Virus record (IMG/VR): IMGVR_UViG_3300025930_000007
Span: 1-64,000 of that record
Strand: one strand, 5' to 3'
DNA length: 64,000 bases
Every line of letters starts with the position of its first letter. The first letter of the stretch is position 1. Made by a program: the position numbers and the translations under genes. The notes below the pieces were generated by a model that was not told the DNA's origin, did no database searches, and saw nothing but the letters and a program-made list of their open reading frames with translations. Of the stretch, positions 49,461-57,763 are shown in pieces.

Positions 49461-50027
49461 ATGAATCTCTCCGGAGCTCCGATCGGAAGAAACGCCAACA
49501 TGGGCGGCTCCATGTTCCATAGGTCCGGTTTTGCGCCGGTCATATCCTCTCCCGTGCAGAAGCGCCGGCTGGGAGAGGACGAGCAGAAGTGGTTCACCCG
49601 GGCCAAGGCTGCAGTAGCGGCTTATGACGATCTCTGGACTCGCACGCTGCTGATCAACGACAAGACCTATCGCGAACAGCTTGCGGCGAAGTACCACCCG
49701 AAGCCCGAAGATCAGAATGGGGCATTGTATCGCCGCAATTCGGTTGCGTACAAAGTCTCCGAAGCGGAAAGCTTTACGCCGGTCAATTATAAGATCTTCG
49801 AAGACACCCAGCAGCAGGATAAAGTCACCAAGCTGGAAGAGCTGAACTCCGACTTCCGCAAGGACGTCGAGTACGGTGAGAAGACCTACGGTCTTCTTCA
49901 GGCGCCGGCGATTATTGAACAGACGACGACAACTGCTCCGCCGACGGAGGTTCCTGGTTGGCTGATTCCAGCCGGGATCGGTCTTGGAGCTTTGATTATC
50001 GGTGCTCTGCTGTTCGGCGGAGACTAG
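49461..50027 (+). CDS. LGE-leader membrane protein, family A
   Basis: 'WFTRAKAAVAAYDDLWTR..ESFTPVNY..TYGLL'. Confidence 0.8.
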   Translation: MNLSGAPIGRNANMGGSMFHRSGFAPVISSPVQKRRLGEDEQKWFTRAKAAVAAYDDLWTRTLLINDKTYREQLAAKYHPKPEDQNGALYRRNSVAYKVSEAESFTPVNYKIFEDTQQQDKVTKLEELNSDFRKDVEYGEKTYGLLQAPAIIEQTTTTAPPTEVPGWLIPAGIGLGALIIGALLFGGD

Positions 50028-50036
50028 GAGGAATTC

Positions 50037-50621
50037 ATGATCCCATTGCGGATGGCTTCGATCGGTGGTTTCAACGGTCCCCGCGGAACGATGTTCCACG
50101 GCAGCGCGACTGATTCTTTCAGCGTGGGTCGGATCTCCCTGGGCGAATCCGATCTGGGCGTGAACACGACCGGACTGGCTCGCTATGAGCTGGCGAAGAA
50201 GGAACTCGCTCAGTACGACAGTCTGGTCGAGCGGGTCAAGCGTATCGGCAACAAGGCTGCCCGCGAGCAGATCATCGATACCTACGGCCTGAGCGAGCCG
50301 GACAACAAGGACAAGTCGCTCTACGCGCGTAACGTGGTCGCGTCCGACCTCGCGAACGCGGAGAGCTACACGCCCATCAACTATGACATCTACACGGCTC
50401 CTGGACCCGCCAAGAACCGTCCTGGCAGGCTCCAGGATTGGAACTCGAGTTTCGCAAAAGACGTCAAGTACGCGGAAGACACGTACGGCATCCTGCCGGA
50501 ACCCCAGGTGATCGAGCGGACGACCACCGTCAGCCAGGTTCCGGCCTGGGTGATGCCGGTCACGATCGGTGCGCTCGCGGTGGCTGGTCTGGCTGCCTTG
50601 GGAGTCTTCAGCAAAAAGTAA
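50037..50621 (+). CDS. LGE-leader membrane protein, family A
   Basis: 'YELAKKELAQYDSLVER..ESYTPINY..TYGIL'. Confidence 0.8.
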   Translation: MIPLRMASIGGFNGPRGTMFHGSATDSFSVGRISLGESDLGVNTTGLARYELAKKELAQYDSLVERVKRIGNKAAREQIIDTYGLSEPDNKDKSLYARNVVASDLANAESYTPINYDIYTAPGPAKNRPGRLQDWNSSFAKDVKYAEDTYGILPEPQVIERTTTVSQVPAWVMPVTIGALAVAGLAALGVFSKK

Positions 50622-50649
50622 TGGCCTTATTTTTATAAAGGGGAGAAAG

Positions 50650-51021
50650 ATGATTGCCTTCCAGCCGGTTTACTCGCGTGGTCGGTACATGGGTCAGGCG
50701 GCTCCGGCCGCGGCTCCTGCTCCCGCTCCTGCTGCAGCTCCGGCTGCGCCGGCGGCGGCTCCTGTCGTGCCGATGGTGACCACCACGTCCTACACGGGCG
50801 TTCCGGGCTTCCTCGAGACCGTCGCCGTTCTGGGCGTTTCCGCGGCGGCCGCCTGGACCGGCGTCCGCGCGGGCATGAACAAGAGCACGCCGAAGCTTCA
50901 GCGGGCGGCTGGCTGGGTCGGCGGCGTGGGCGGTGCGCTGCTCGGGCTGCTCTATCTCGGCACCAAGACCGGCATCACGCGCTCGATCGCGCTGCCGCAG
51001 ATCCAGGTGAACCCCGCATGA
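50650..51021 (+). CDS. MGQ-leader two-TM protein
   Basis: GGGAG SD before ATG 50650; 'RGRYMGQ'; paralog of the next gene. Confidence 0.75.
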   Translation: MIAFQPVYSRGRYMGQAAPAAAPAPAPAAAPAAPAAAPVVPMVTTTSYTGVPGFLETVAVLGVSAAAAWTGVRAGMNKSTPKLQRAAGWVGGVGGALLGLLYLGTKTGITRSIALPQIQVNPA

Positions 51022-51410
51022 GACCCTTCACGCCGTACAATCGGACGATCGAGCCGGCCAGGATCGGATTGGGCCAGTTCTCTCCATTCATAAATCCGTT
51101 CGAAGTGACTGGAGATCAGACGCCCACGACGACCCCGTCGCCTTCCGTTCAGGCGGCAGGACCTGCATCCGCGATCAAGCCGATCGTGGTACTGACTGGG
51201 CTCATGCTGACGGGGCTATCGGCCGCCACGGCTTATGTCGGGATGTCCTACGGCATGGACAAGAGCAAGAAGGATCTCCAGCGTGCGATCGGCTGGACGG
51301 TCGGCGTAGCCGGTGTGCTGTCCGGCCTGGTCCGACTGGCCGGAACCACTGCCGCACTGCTCATTCCGGCGCCCACTTCAGCGCCCATGGTCATGGCAGG
51401 GAGACGCTAA
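51018..51410 (+). CDS. LGQ-leader two-TM protein
   Basis: 'RIGLGQ'; 'GMDKSKKDLQRAIGW' matches 'GMNKSTPKLQRAAGW'. Confidence 0.75.
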   Translation: MRPFTPYNRTIEPARIGLGQFSPFINPFEVTGDQTPTTTPSPSVQAAGPASAIKPIVVLTGLMLTGLSAATAYVGMSYGMDKSKKDLQRAIGWTVGVAGVLSGLVRLAGTTAALLIPAPTSAPMVMAGRR

Positions 51411-51413
51411 GAG

Positions 51414-51932
51414 ATGCGCTTCGACCTCGTCGCCTTCCTGGGAGGCCTGACTGTTGGAGCCGCGGCTGCGGCTCTATACGGTGCCACACGGAGCACGAAG
51501 CTCGGCTGGAGTGGCGGCGGTGCAGGCGGTGGTCCTGGCGGCGGCGGTAGCTTCGGAGGCAGTCCCAGCGGCTCGGGGGGCTCATCCTATGCCCCCGGTG
51601 GTACAGGAGTCTATTCTGGACCGCCTGGACCCTTCGGTGGAGGGTTCATGGGACCTAGCGTCCTGGAATCGACGCCTTCTGAGGGAGAAGGAGAGATCGG
51701 GCCGATCGTTTCCGTTCCTCCGATCATTCATGACGGAGATGGTAACGGAATATTCGGAGGCTCATTCTTTGGGGTCAACGTGGCCCCTTGGTTCTGGCCT
51801 CTGAACATCGTGCCCCGGAACGACGAGATCATCTGCAAGAAGATTCCAGGCGATCCTGAAGAGACGATGGTATGTAAACGCAGATATCCGGTTCGAGCGG
51901 TGGCTTGGGGGCCACCCGCCGGCTGGCTCTAG
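51414..51932 (+). CDS. N-terminal TM, Gly-rich protein
   Basis: N-terminal hydrophobic helix, 'TKLGW', Gly-rich linker. Confidence 0.7.
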   Translation: MRFDLVAFLGGLTVGAAAAALYGATRSTKLGWSGGGAGGGPGGGGSFGGSPSGSGGSSYAPGGTGVYSGPPGPFGGGFMGPSVLESTPSEGEGEIGPIVSVPPIIHDGDGNGIFGGSFFGVNVAPWFWPLNIVPRNDEIICKKIPGDPEETMVCKRRYPVRAVAWGPPAGWL

Positions 51933-51940
51933 GAGATCTT

Positions 51941-52288
51941 ATGAGAACTCTTTTTGATACATCTTGGGTTCGCGATGCCTGGTCTCCTAATCTGAGCCTC
52001 GGCCAGGCTGGAACAGGAAACGTCTTCGGCGACATTGCCAATGCCGCCGCTACGGGCACGGCAGCGTACTTCCAGGCCGAAAAGGCAAAGGAAGAAGCCG
52101 CCGCCAAAGAAGCGCAGGCGAAGGCTCAGGCCGCCACCGCGGCCGCGCAGGCTCAGGCAGCGGCGGCTGCCGCCTATGCTTCCGGTCAGAATACTATTCT
52201 TGGCATGTCGCCGGGCACGGCAGCGATTGTAGGGTTGCTCGGAGTGGGCGCCATCGTCGCCGTGGTTATGGCTACGAAGAAGAAATAG
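51941..52288 (+). CDS. LGQ-leader Ala-rich membrane protein
   Basis: AGGAG SD; 'NLSLGQ'; TM + KKK. Confidence 0.75.
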   Translation: MRTLFDTSWVRDAWSPNLSLGQAGTGNVFGDIANAAATGTAAYFQAEKAKEEAAAKEAQAKAQAATAAAQAQAAAAAAYASGQNTILGMSPGTAAIVGLLGVGAIVAVVMATKKK

Positions 52289-52297
52289 GAGACGATC

Positions 52298-52567
52298 ATG
52301 TACCAGTACTCCCGCGCTCCACAGCAGATCGCGCCCCGCAACGGCTACGCGCCGTCGAGCCTCGGTCAGCTCCAGATGAGCCCCACGACTCCAGTCGGTC
52401 GTGAGAACCTCATGAAGCTCACCACGGGCGTCGCTCTCGGCGGCGGCGCTGCGTACGCGCTCTACAACATGCCCGGCCAGTCCAAGAAGAACAAGACTGC
52501 CCTGGGCGTGCTGGCTGGCGGCCTGGCCGCGACGGCGATCCTGAGCCTCGTGGACGCGTTCATCTAA
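52298..52567 (+). CDS. LGQ-leader two-TM protein
   Basis: 'APSSLGQ'. Confidence 0.75.
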   Translation: MYQYSRAPQQIAPRNGYAPSSLGQLQMSPTTPVGRENLMKLTTGVALGGGAAYALYNMPGQSKKNKTALGVLAGGLAATAILSLVDAFI

Positions 52568-52596
52568 GAGCCCTACGAACTTGAGGGAAGCTGCCG

Positions 52597-53439
52597 ATGA
52601 TCGGCAGCTTCCCTAGTTCGATCCAGGTCGCGCAAACAGCGGAGATTCGGATGCTGCTTCACTCCGGACCACGGCTTCTGCCTCCGCTACCACTCCGTCC
52701 TAAGCTCAGCCGGCGCATGGGCCAGATGGTCGCTTTCGATCCCAAAGTAGACTTCAACCCGGATGTCAAGGTGCAGGTTCCCGTCAACGTGGAACTGGGC
52801 GGCCTTCCGCTTTCGGTTGGCCTATTCTTGGGTTCCGGCCTTTCCTTTCTGATTCGGCCTCAGCTTCAGGAAGGATTCGCCAAAACAGCGGCATTGGTTC
52901 TTGGGGCGGGCCTGGCGGTCGCAGGCATCACGAATCTGATCTTGCCGAAGGCTCAGGCCTCGGCACCCGCGCCCGCAGCACCGAGCTCGACCCCAACAAC
53001 AGCAGCTCCCTCGGCTCCTGGCGGCGGCGGCGCCGTCAGCGCGCCGGCTGGAGTTGCGGTTTCGGACCAGGGGATCTTTAACGGCATCAGTGGGCAGGTG
53101 ACTTATCCCGGAGAGGGTGAATCGGTCAATATCTGGCCGTTGGCTTCGACCTATCCGATACGGGTTCAGGTCTACAATCCATCTGCAGCCTCGGCGACCT
53201 TCTATCTGCAGATCGTCGCAAACGAATCCCCGTTGCCATTCGGCAACGCGGCCCGCACGACGTTCCCCCTGCAAGTCACCGTCGGACCTGGTCAGACGCG
53301 AGATATCGACATCAATATGCCGATCTCGACGTGGGCCTGGAACGTGAAGTACGTGGACGTCGCTCTATCCGTCTATAAGCAACGTATGGCTGGGGAGAAC
53401 CCAGTGCTGATGGCGCAACGCTATCTTGTCGTTTCATAG
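52597..53439 (+). CDS. MGQ-leader two-TM protein with C-terminal Ig-like beta domain
   Basis: 'LSRRMGQ'; 'IRVQVYNP..VTVGPGQTR'. Confidence 0.75.
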   Translation: MIGSFPSSIQVAQTAEIRMLLHSGPRLLPPLPLRPKLSRRMGQMVAFDPKVDFNPDVKVQVPVNVELGGLPLSVGLFLGSGLSFLIRPQLQEGFAKTAALVLGAGLAVAGITNLILPKAQASAPAPAAPSSTPTTAAPSAPGGGGAVSAPAGVAVSDQGIFNGISGQVTYPGEGESVNIWPLASTYPIRVQVYNPSAASATFYLQIVANESPLPFGNAARTTFPLQVTVGPGQTRDIDINMPISTWAWNVKYVDVALSVYKQRMAGENPVLMAQRYLVVS

Positions 53440-53453
53440 GAGAGATTACGGCG

Positions 53454-53879
53454 ATGACACTGACGAAACCTTCCGGCTGGGCCCCCTATAAGAAGGGGTT
53501 GGGCACTTCTCGCGTGTCCATGGGCGCCATGTCCAATGCCGAGACACAGATGCTCGGAGTCGCGGTGCTGTCGGCGATCTCCATCGCAGGCATCCATTCG
53601 GCGATCTGCCCGAGCTACTTCACGATGAAGACGTTCGCGTCGCAGCCTGAGGCCAAGGCTCGCTCGATGGAAGGTCTCTGGATCTCTCTGGGTGTGTCGG
53701 CCCTGACGTCGGCGTCCCTCTACTGGGTCTTCAAGAGCTGGATGCCCGTGATCTTCGCCGGCGCCACCTCGCTCCTGCTCTTCGGCATCGGCGTTGCGGC
53801 GACGAATTCTGAGCCGCCGAAGAACATCCCGCCGATCGAGAAGCAGAGCGTCGTGACCGAGTCAGCGGGCATTCCTTAG
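53454..53879 (+). CDS. MGA-leader three-TM protein
   Basis: 'RVSMGA'; three hydrophobic helices. Confidence 0.75.
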   Translation: MTLTKPSGWAPYKKGLGTSRVSMGAMSNAETQMLGVAVLSAISIAGIHSAICPSYFTMKTFASQPEAKARSMEGLWISLGVSALTSASLYWVFKSWMPVIFAGATSLLLFGIGVAATNSEPPKNIPPIEKQSVVTESAGIP

Positions 53880-53905
53880 ACGGCCAATGTATAATCAGAG
53901 GCGCG

Positions 53906-54715
53906 ATGAATGCATGGCTCGGTCCGGTGGCTCTCAGCCTAGCTGATCGGAGACCATCACTAGGCGGCTTCCGTCGGCCGATCCAGGGCATTTATCGGCC
54001 TTCGGCTGCACGGTCGCATCTGGGTGCCACACAGTCTTTCCCACAGATCACGGCTACTCCGGAGGCACCCAATACCATCACCGGCTTCTCTCCAGAGAGC
54101 GCCAAAGATGGCGTAGTGATTGGGATCGGAGGAATCGGGTTGGCTCTGGTTTCCAGGTTCATTCCTGGAGTCGGCGAACCTGTTGCCCTGGTCGGCGGCG
54201 TCGGAATGATCGGTCTGGGTCTCTACAAGATCTACGAAGCAGTCACCGGTCGAGGAACTCCTACGGTTCAGAGCTTCATCACGCCTCCGGATCAGCAGGT
54301 TAGCGACATCTCCTTCATTACCGGCAAGATCCTTGAGCCGTCCGATAAGGGCCAGGCAGATGTAGGAGCCGGGTGGCAGGCGGTCTTTGAAGGCAAACGT
54401 ACCTTCAAGATCAAGTTCATGGTGACGAATACCGGTCCGAAGCCGATGACCGTCCTTGTCGAATTCCGGACGGAGCAGACTTCCAGGCCGTGGGTGGGAG
54501 ATCCCGAGGTATCCAACTTCTCGACCAGCTACGTCCTTGAACTTTCGCCTGGAGAAAGTAAGGTCATCCCAGGCTACCAGCCGGCCAAGGTTCTGGAATC
54601 CATGCTGCAGATCCAGTCCTATAGAAGCCAGGACATTACGGCGACTCTGCTCGCTCGGACTTCTTCGAGCGACACGGGAAAGAAGCTCGACCAGATCAGT
54701 TTTACAGCTTGGTAA
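53906..54715 (+). CDS. LGA-leader two-TM protein with Ig-like domain (paralog of 52597)
   Basis: 'RSHLGA'; 'IKFMVTNTG..LELSPGESK'; TATAAT upstream. Confidence 0.75.
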   Translation: MNAWLGPVALSLADRRPSLGGFRRPIQGIYRPSAARSHLGATQSFPQITATPEAPNTITGFSPESAKDGVVIGIGGIGLALVSRFIPGVGEPVALVGGVGMIGLGLYKIYEAVTGRGTPTVQSFITPPDQQVSDISFITGKILEPSDKGQADVGAGWQAVFEGKRTFKIKFMVTNTGPKPMTVLVEFRTEQTSRPWVGDPEVSNFSTSYVLELSPGESKVIPGYQPAKVLESMLQIQSYRSQDITATLLARTSSSDTGKKLDQISFTAW

Positions 54716-55669
54716 GTGATGAACGAATGGCTTGGTCCTGTTTCTTTGAGGCTCGTTGATCGTGGTCCTCTCTTTGGGGGCTTCGGATCTCGTATCCAGG
54801 ACATCCGCCAGCCACAGCCTTTTCTCGGCCAGGCAAGATTGAAGCAGTCCTATGAACTTGGACGGCCGGTCGCGCATCTGGATCAACCTCCGGACTGCTG
54901 CAATAGTCCGGATGGAACCAAATGCTTCGATCACTCGACCGGCGAATGCATCAATACCTGGAACAGCACTGTGGCAACTCCAAATGCTCCTGATTGCGTT
55001 CAGGACACTCGTGGAGAATTGGTTCATCCCTATTGCTATACCCCTCCTGTAGCTCCCACTCGCATGGAAGGAAGAGTTCGTAGAGTTCCTTTCTTCTCTC
55101 TGGGGGCTTGGGTCAACGATAAACCGGCGAAGTGCTGCAATAGGACTCATCCGGATGGAACGGCCTATCTGGAATGCTGCGAACCACTATGGAATGGTCC
55201 GGGATCAGATCCGAGCTTCCCGAGCTGCGACTCTCCGGATAATCCCTGCCCCTCCACGGGAGCCGCCCCGACTCCGACCCCGACCCCGACTCCGACTCCG
55301 ACTCCGACCCCGACTCCGACTCCGACCCCGACTCCGACTCCGACCCCCACCCCAACGCCAACACCGACACCTACACCAAGCCCGACCCCGACGTCTACAA
55401 CTGGTCCAATTCCAACGGATAATACGACCTCGGCTGGCAATGAACCGATACCGGCTACCGGAGGCGGCTCTTTTGTTCCCGTGCTTCCGCCTCGGCAGAG
55501 CATGACGACGGCATCTCCTCCGACCGGAGCCTTCCCTGGTCAACCATTTGCCGCCATGCGCCCTCCTCAGAAGCCTGTTCCGATCGCCAAGGCTCCTGCT
55601 CCACTTCCGCCGCCATGTCCGCTTGGACCGGTCCCTCTTCGTAAGTGGATCGAAGGCTGCATGGGGTAA
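54716..55669 (+). CDS. LGQ-leader Cys-rich protein with a (PT)n stalk
   Basis: Two CCN-containing Cys-rich modules; about 20 PT repeats. Confidence 0.75.
   Translation: MMNEWLGPVSLRLVDRGPLFGGFGSRIQDIRQPQPFLGQARLKQSYELGRPVAHLDQPPDCCNSPDGTKCFDHSTGECINTWNSTVATPNAPDCVQDTRGELVHPYCYTPPVAPTRMEGRVRRVPFFSLGAWVNDKPAKCCNRTHPDGTAYLECCEPLWNGPGSDPSFPSCDSPDNPCPSTGAAPTPTPTPTPTPTPTPTPTPTPTPTPTPTPTPTPTPTPSPTPTSTTGPIPTDNTTSAGNEPIPATGGGSFVPVLPPRQSMTTASPPTGAFPGQPFAAMRPPQKPVPIAKAPAPLPPPCPLGPVPLRKWIEGCMG
55268..55393 (+). repeat. Hexamer tandem repeat (CCGACY)n encoding Pro-Thr
   Basis: Directly visible; degenerate toward the 3' end. Confidence 0.85.
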
Positions 55670-55676
55670 TCGCTTC

Positions 55677-55988
55677 TTGATCTGTTCGAAGTGCCAAGCT
55701 CCCAATCCTCCAGTTCACATGGCCATCAAGGTCGGGAACGCCTACCTCGAGCTGAATTTCTGCGAAGGTTGCGCACCCAATCCCGACATCAAGGTTGAAC
55801 AGATCGCGACGAACATGATTTGCTGCCCGCGCTGCGGCACCCAGGCGAAGGACATCAATACTCGTGGCTTCGGCTGCGCAGACGATTACGAAATCTTTGC
55901 GACTGCGATCGCCAATTGGATTCAGCAATACCATGGGGCCTCCAGGCACGTCGGGAAGAATCCGGCGAAAAAATTATTTTGCGCTTGA
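55677..55988 (+). CDS. McsA-like zinc-finger protein lacking the C-terminal UVR domain
   Basis: CSKC..VH..ELNFCEGCA..CPRCG..GCADDYEIF..HG..HVGKNP follows the McsA layout; TTG start inferred. Confidence 0.7.
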   Translation: MICSKCQAPNPPVHMAIKVGNAYLELNFCEGCAPNPDIKVEQIATNMICCPRCGTQAKDINTRGFGCADDYEIFATAIANWIQQYHGASRHVGKNPAKKLFCA

Positions 55989-56013
55989 CAGCGAACCTTT
56001 TCGCGGGTACCGT
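55985..56013 (+). promoter_or_regulatory. Sigma70-type promoter at the head of the RNA island
   Basis: TTGACA-17-TACCGT. Confidence 0.65.
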
Positions 56014-56019
56014 GTTTAC

Positions 56020-56296
56020 TGTAATAGCTGTTCGAACCGTGGGAAGGAGCTGACCTTCAATGTTCCGCGCGATGGACTCAAGAAAAACGCAAGCAAGGAC
56101 AACCTTGCGGTGCGATCTGAGTCTGTCCGTAGATCGCCCGCACCAGGGTTCGTATCTCCGCACGAATGGGAAGTTCCCCGCGGAGATCGAACGAGCCACC
56201 GTGTGGGGACAAGATGGGCGCGGAGACACGGTGGCGTAAAAAACGAAAAAACCGAAAACCCCGCGCCCGGAAACGGACGCGGGGTTTTTTGTTTTT
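56020..56296 (+). ncRNA. Structured RNA (three long hairpins plus terminator), possibly containing a 59-aa uORF at 56060-56239
   Basis: Tandem stems including GCCACCGTGT/ACACGGTGGC; AAGGAG SD before ATG 56060. Confidence 0.5.
56256..56296 (+). terminator. Intrinsic terminator or attenuator
   Basis: AAAACCCCGCG..CGCGGGGTTTTTTGTTTTT. Confidence 0.8.
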
Positions 56297-56588
56297 CCGG
56301 ATGAAGTAAAAATTTTGGCCCGTCGGAGAAGTCTCCGACGGGCCGTGCTGAGAAGTCCTCAGTAGGAGCGATGGGGTACGCCCCCGTGCCTACCGAGAAG
56401 TGTGCTGCGTGGTTAAGACGCAGCGTTTTGACAATCGGGCTTGAATCTAAAGAGCGAAAGGCCGGGGGCACCGGCCGGGAAAGCTGGTGCCCCCGGACCT
56501 CATTCTATCTCTTCGTCCCAAAACTTCAAGCTGTCACTTGAGCGGGTGGCGGTTTGGCATTTGGCGCCCTGGGCTCAGGGCGCCTTTC

Positions 56589-56948
56589 GGGGCCGAAATA
56601 GTATCGACGGAGATCCAAGACAGGAAAGCTGCGTGTCGTGGACGCCGGTTGGCCACGTAAAACATCCGGTAAAAACCTAACTGGCAAGAGCCAGCTCGCT
56701 CGCGCGGCCTAGCCGTGTCGTCGCCCCTAGTGACGCCGATAGCCTGGGTGCGACGTTAATAATCGGTCGCTACCCGTAAGGTGATTCCTACCTTCCGGGG
56801 ATAAGAATAAGTGGAACGTGAAGCCCGCAAACCTGCTGGTGAGCGAGCGGAGCTTCGAGAGCCGCAAGGCAGAATCATCAGATACACACGTAGATGCCCC
56901 TAGACTGTGATCTTCGGACGGGGGTTGCAAAGCCCCCCGGCTCCACCA
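56589..56948 (+). ncRNA. ssrA: tmRNA with tag peptide (A)GKSQLARAA
   Basis: 5' GGGGCCGAAA..TCGAC and 3' CGGCTCCACCA with G3:U70; TAACT-GGC resume context, tag at 56683-56712. Confidence 0.9.
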
Positions 56949-56949
56949 T

Positions 56950-57023
56950 GCGGTCAAGATGTTACAGTAGCATGCCAGTTTTCCAAACTGGACGCGCGGG
57001 TGCGACTCCCGCTGACCGCACCA
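56950..57023 (+). tRNA. tRNA-Gly(TCC)
   Basis: Cloverleaf; CCAGT-TTTCCAA-ACTGG; CCA end. Confidence 0.9.
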
Positions 57024-57138
57024 ATATTTTTAGAAATAGAATGAGCGGCGCTTTTCGCCTACAATAAGAGGGTACGACCGGGGCTCTCCTCCAGAGGTTG
57101 GCGGAGATCGACATCTTGAAGAATGTCTTGGGGGCCCT

Positions 57139-57396
57139 GTGGTGGAGTTTCCGGAAGACAAGACACTTCAACCCGGATCCTGGTACCTCTGGCGCACCGG
57201 GAAGCAACGCATCTTCATTGCCTGCCCGCTCTGCAGCCAGGTCGTCTCGATCGATCCGGAGGAGATCGAGATTCTGGAGGACGGCAGATTGTCCAAGATC
57301 ATCGACTGTCCCAACATGATCTGCGATTTCACTGATGCAATACGGCTGCAGGGCTGGGGTGAACAGGGATCATCTTCCAGTCTTCCGAAAGTTTAG
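57139..57396 (+). CDS. Small Cys-rich hypothetical protein
   Basis: 'IACPLC..CPNMIC..IRLQGW'; start uncertain. Confidence 0.5.
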   Translation: MVEFPEDKTLQPGSWYLWRTGKQRIFIACPLCSQVVSIDPEEIEILEDGRLSKIIDCPNMICDFTDAIRLQGWGEQGSSSSLPKV

Positions 57397-57398
57397 AT

Positions 57399-57472
57399 CG
57401 GGGCGTGTTGTAGCGGCAGCAAGCGACGTTCCCAACGTTGAGGTGTGGGTTCGACTCCCATCGCCCCGTCCA
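57399..57472 (+). tRNA. tRNA-Gly(CCC)
   Basis: CGACG-TTCCCAA-CGTTG; GTTCGA; CCA. Confidence 0.9.
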
Positions 57473-57480
57473 ATTTTGCT

Positions 57481-57600
57481 GTGAATCAAGACCGTGGGTC
57501 ACCCAAGGGACGCTGCAAGGTGACATCTGGCCCGGCAGCCGTGGAGTCCTCCCGGCCGGGGAATAACTGAGGACCTAGGCGTCCCACTATCTTGATTCAC
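57481..57600 (+). ncRNA. Unidentified end-closed structured RNA
   Basis: GTGAATCAAGA..TCTTGATTCAC terminal stem between tRNAs. Confidence 0.5.
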
Positions 57601-57602
57601 AT

Positions 57603-57673
57603 AGGCCACGATCCAGCGATCAGCTTGGTCTCCAAAACCGAGCAGTGGGGGGCGGCACCCCGGTGGCCTGCCA
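57603..57673 (+). tRNA. tRNA-Trp(CCA), atypical D and T arms
   Basis: AGGCCAC/GTGGCCT acceptor; CTCCAAA loop; CCA. Confidence 0.7.
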
Positions 57674-57681
57674 GAATTCAT

Positions 57682-57755
57682 GGTCCCTGAGTATGTCGGC
57701 AGTACGCTACCTTGTCACGGTAGAAGGACGGGTTCGACTCCCGTAGGGATCGCCA
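57682..57755 (+). tRNA. tRNA-Asp(GTC)
   Basis: CTACC-TTGTCAC-GGTAG. Confidence 0.9.
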
Positions 57756-57763
57756 AAAGAAAA

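Noticed and set aside
35127-54850. LG/MG leaders as type IV prepilin or double-glycine bacteriocin leaders
   Set aside because: No hydrophobic helix with Glu+5 right after the Gly, no ELS..EL..I.GG pattern, and no peptidase-ABC transporter
297-55150. Many long minus-strand ORFs (e.g. 41366-43645, 14941-16437, 39171-40580, 10329-11699)
   Set aside because: They are antisense shadows of GC-rich + strand genes, with no recognisable motifs
57481-57600. 120-nt RNA as 5S rRNA or SRP RNA
   Set aside because: Lacks the 5S CCGAAC/GAGAGTA and SRP domain IV signatures; kept as an unidentified ncRNA
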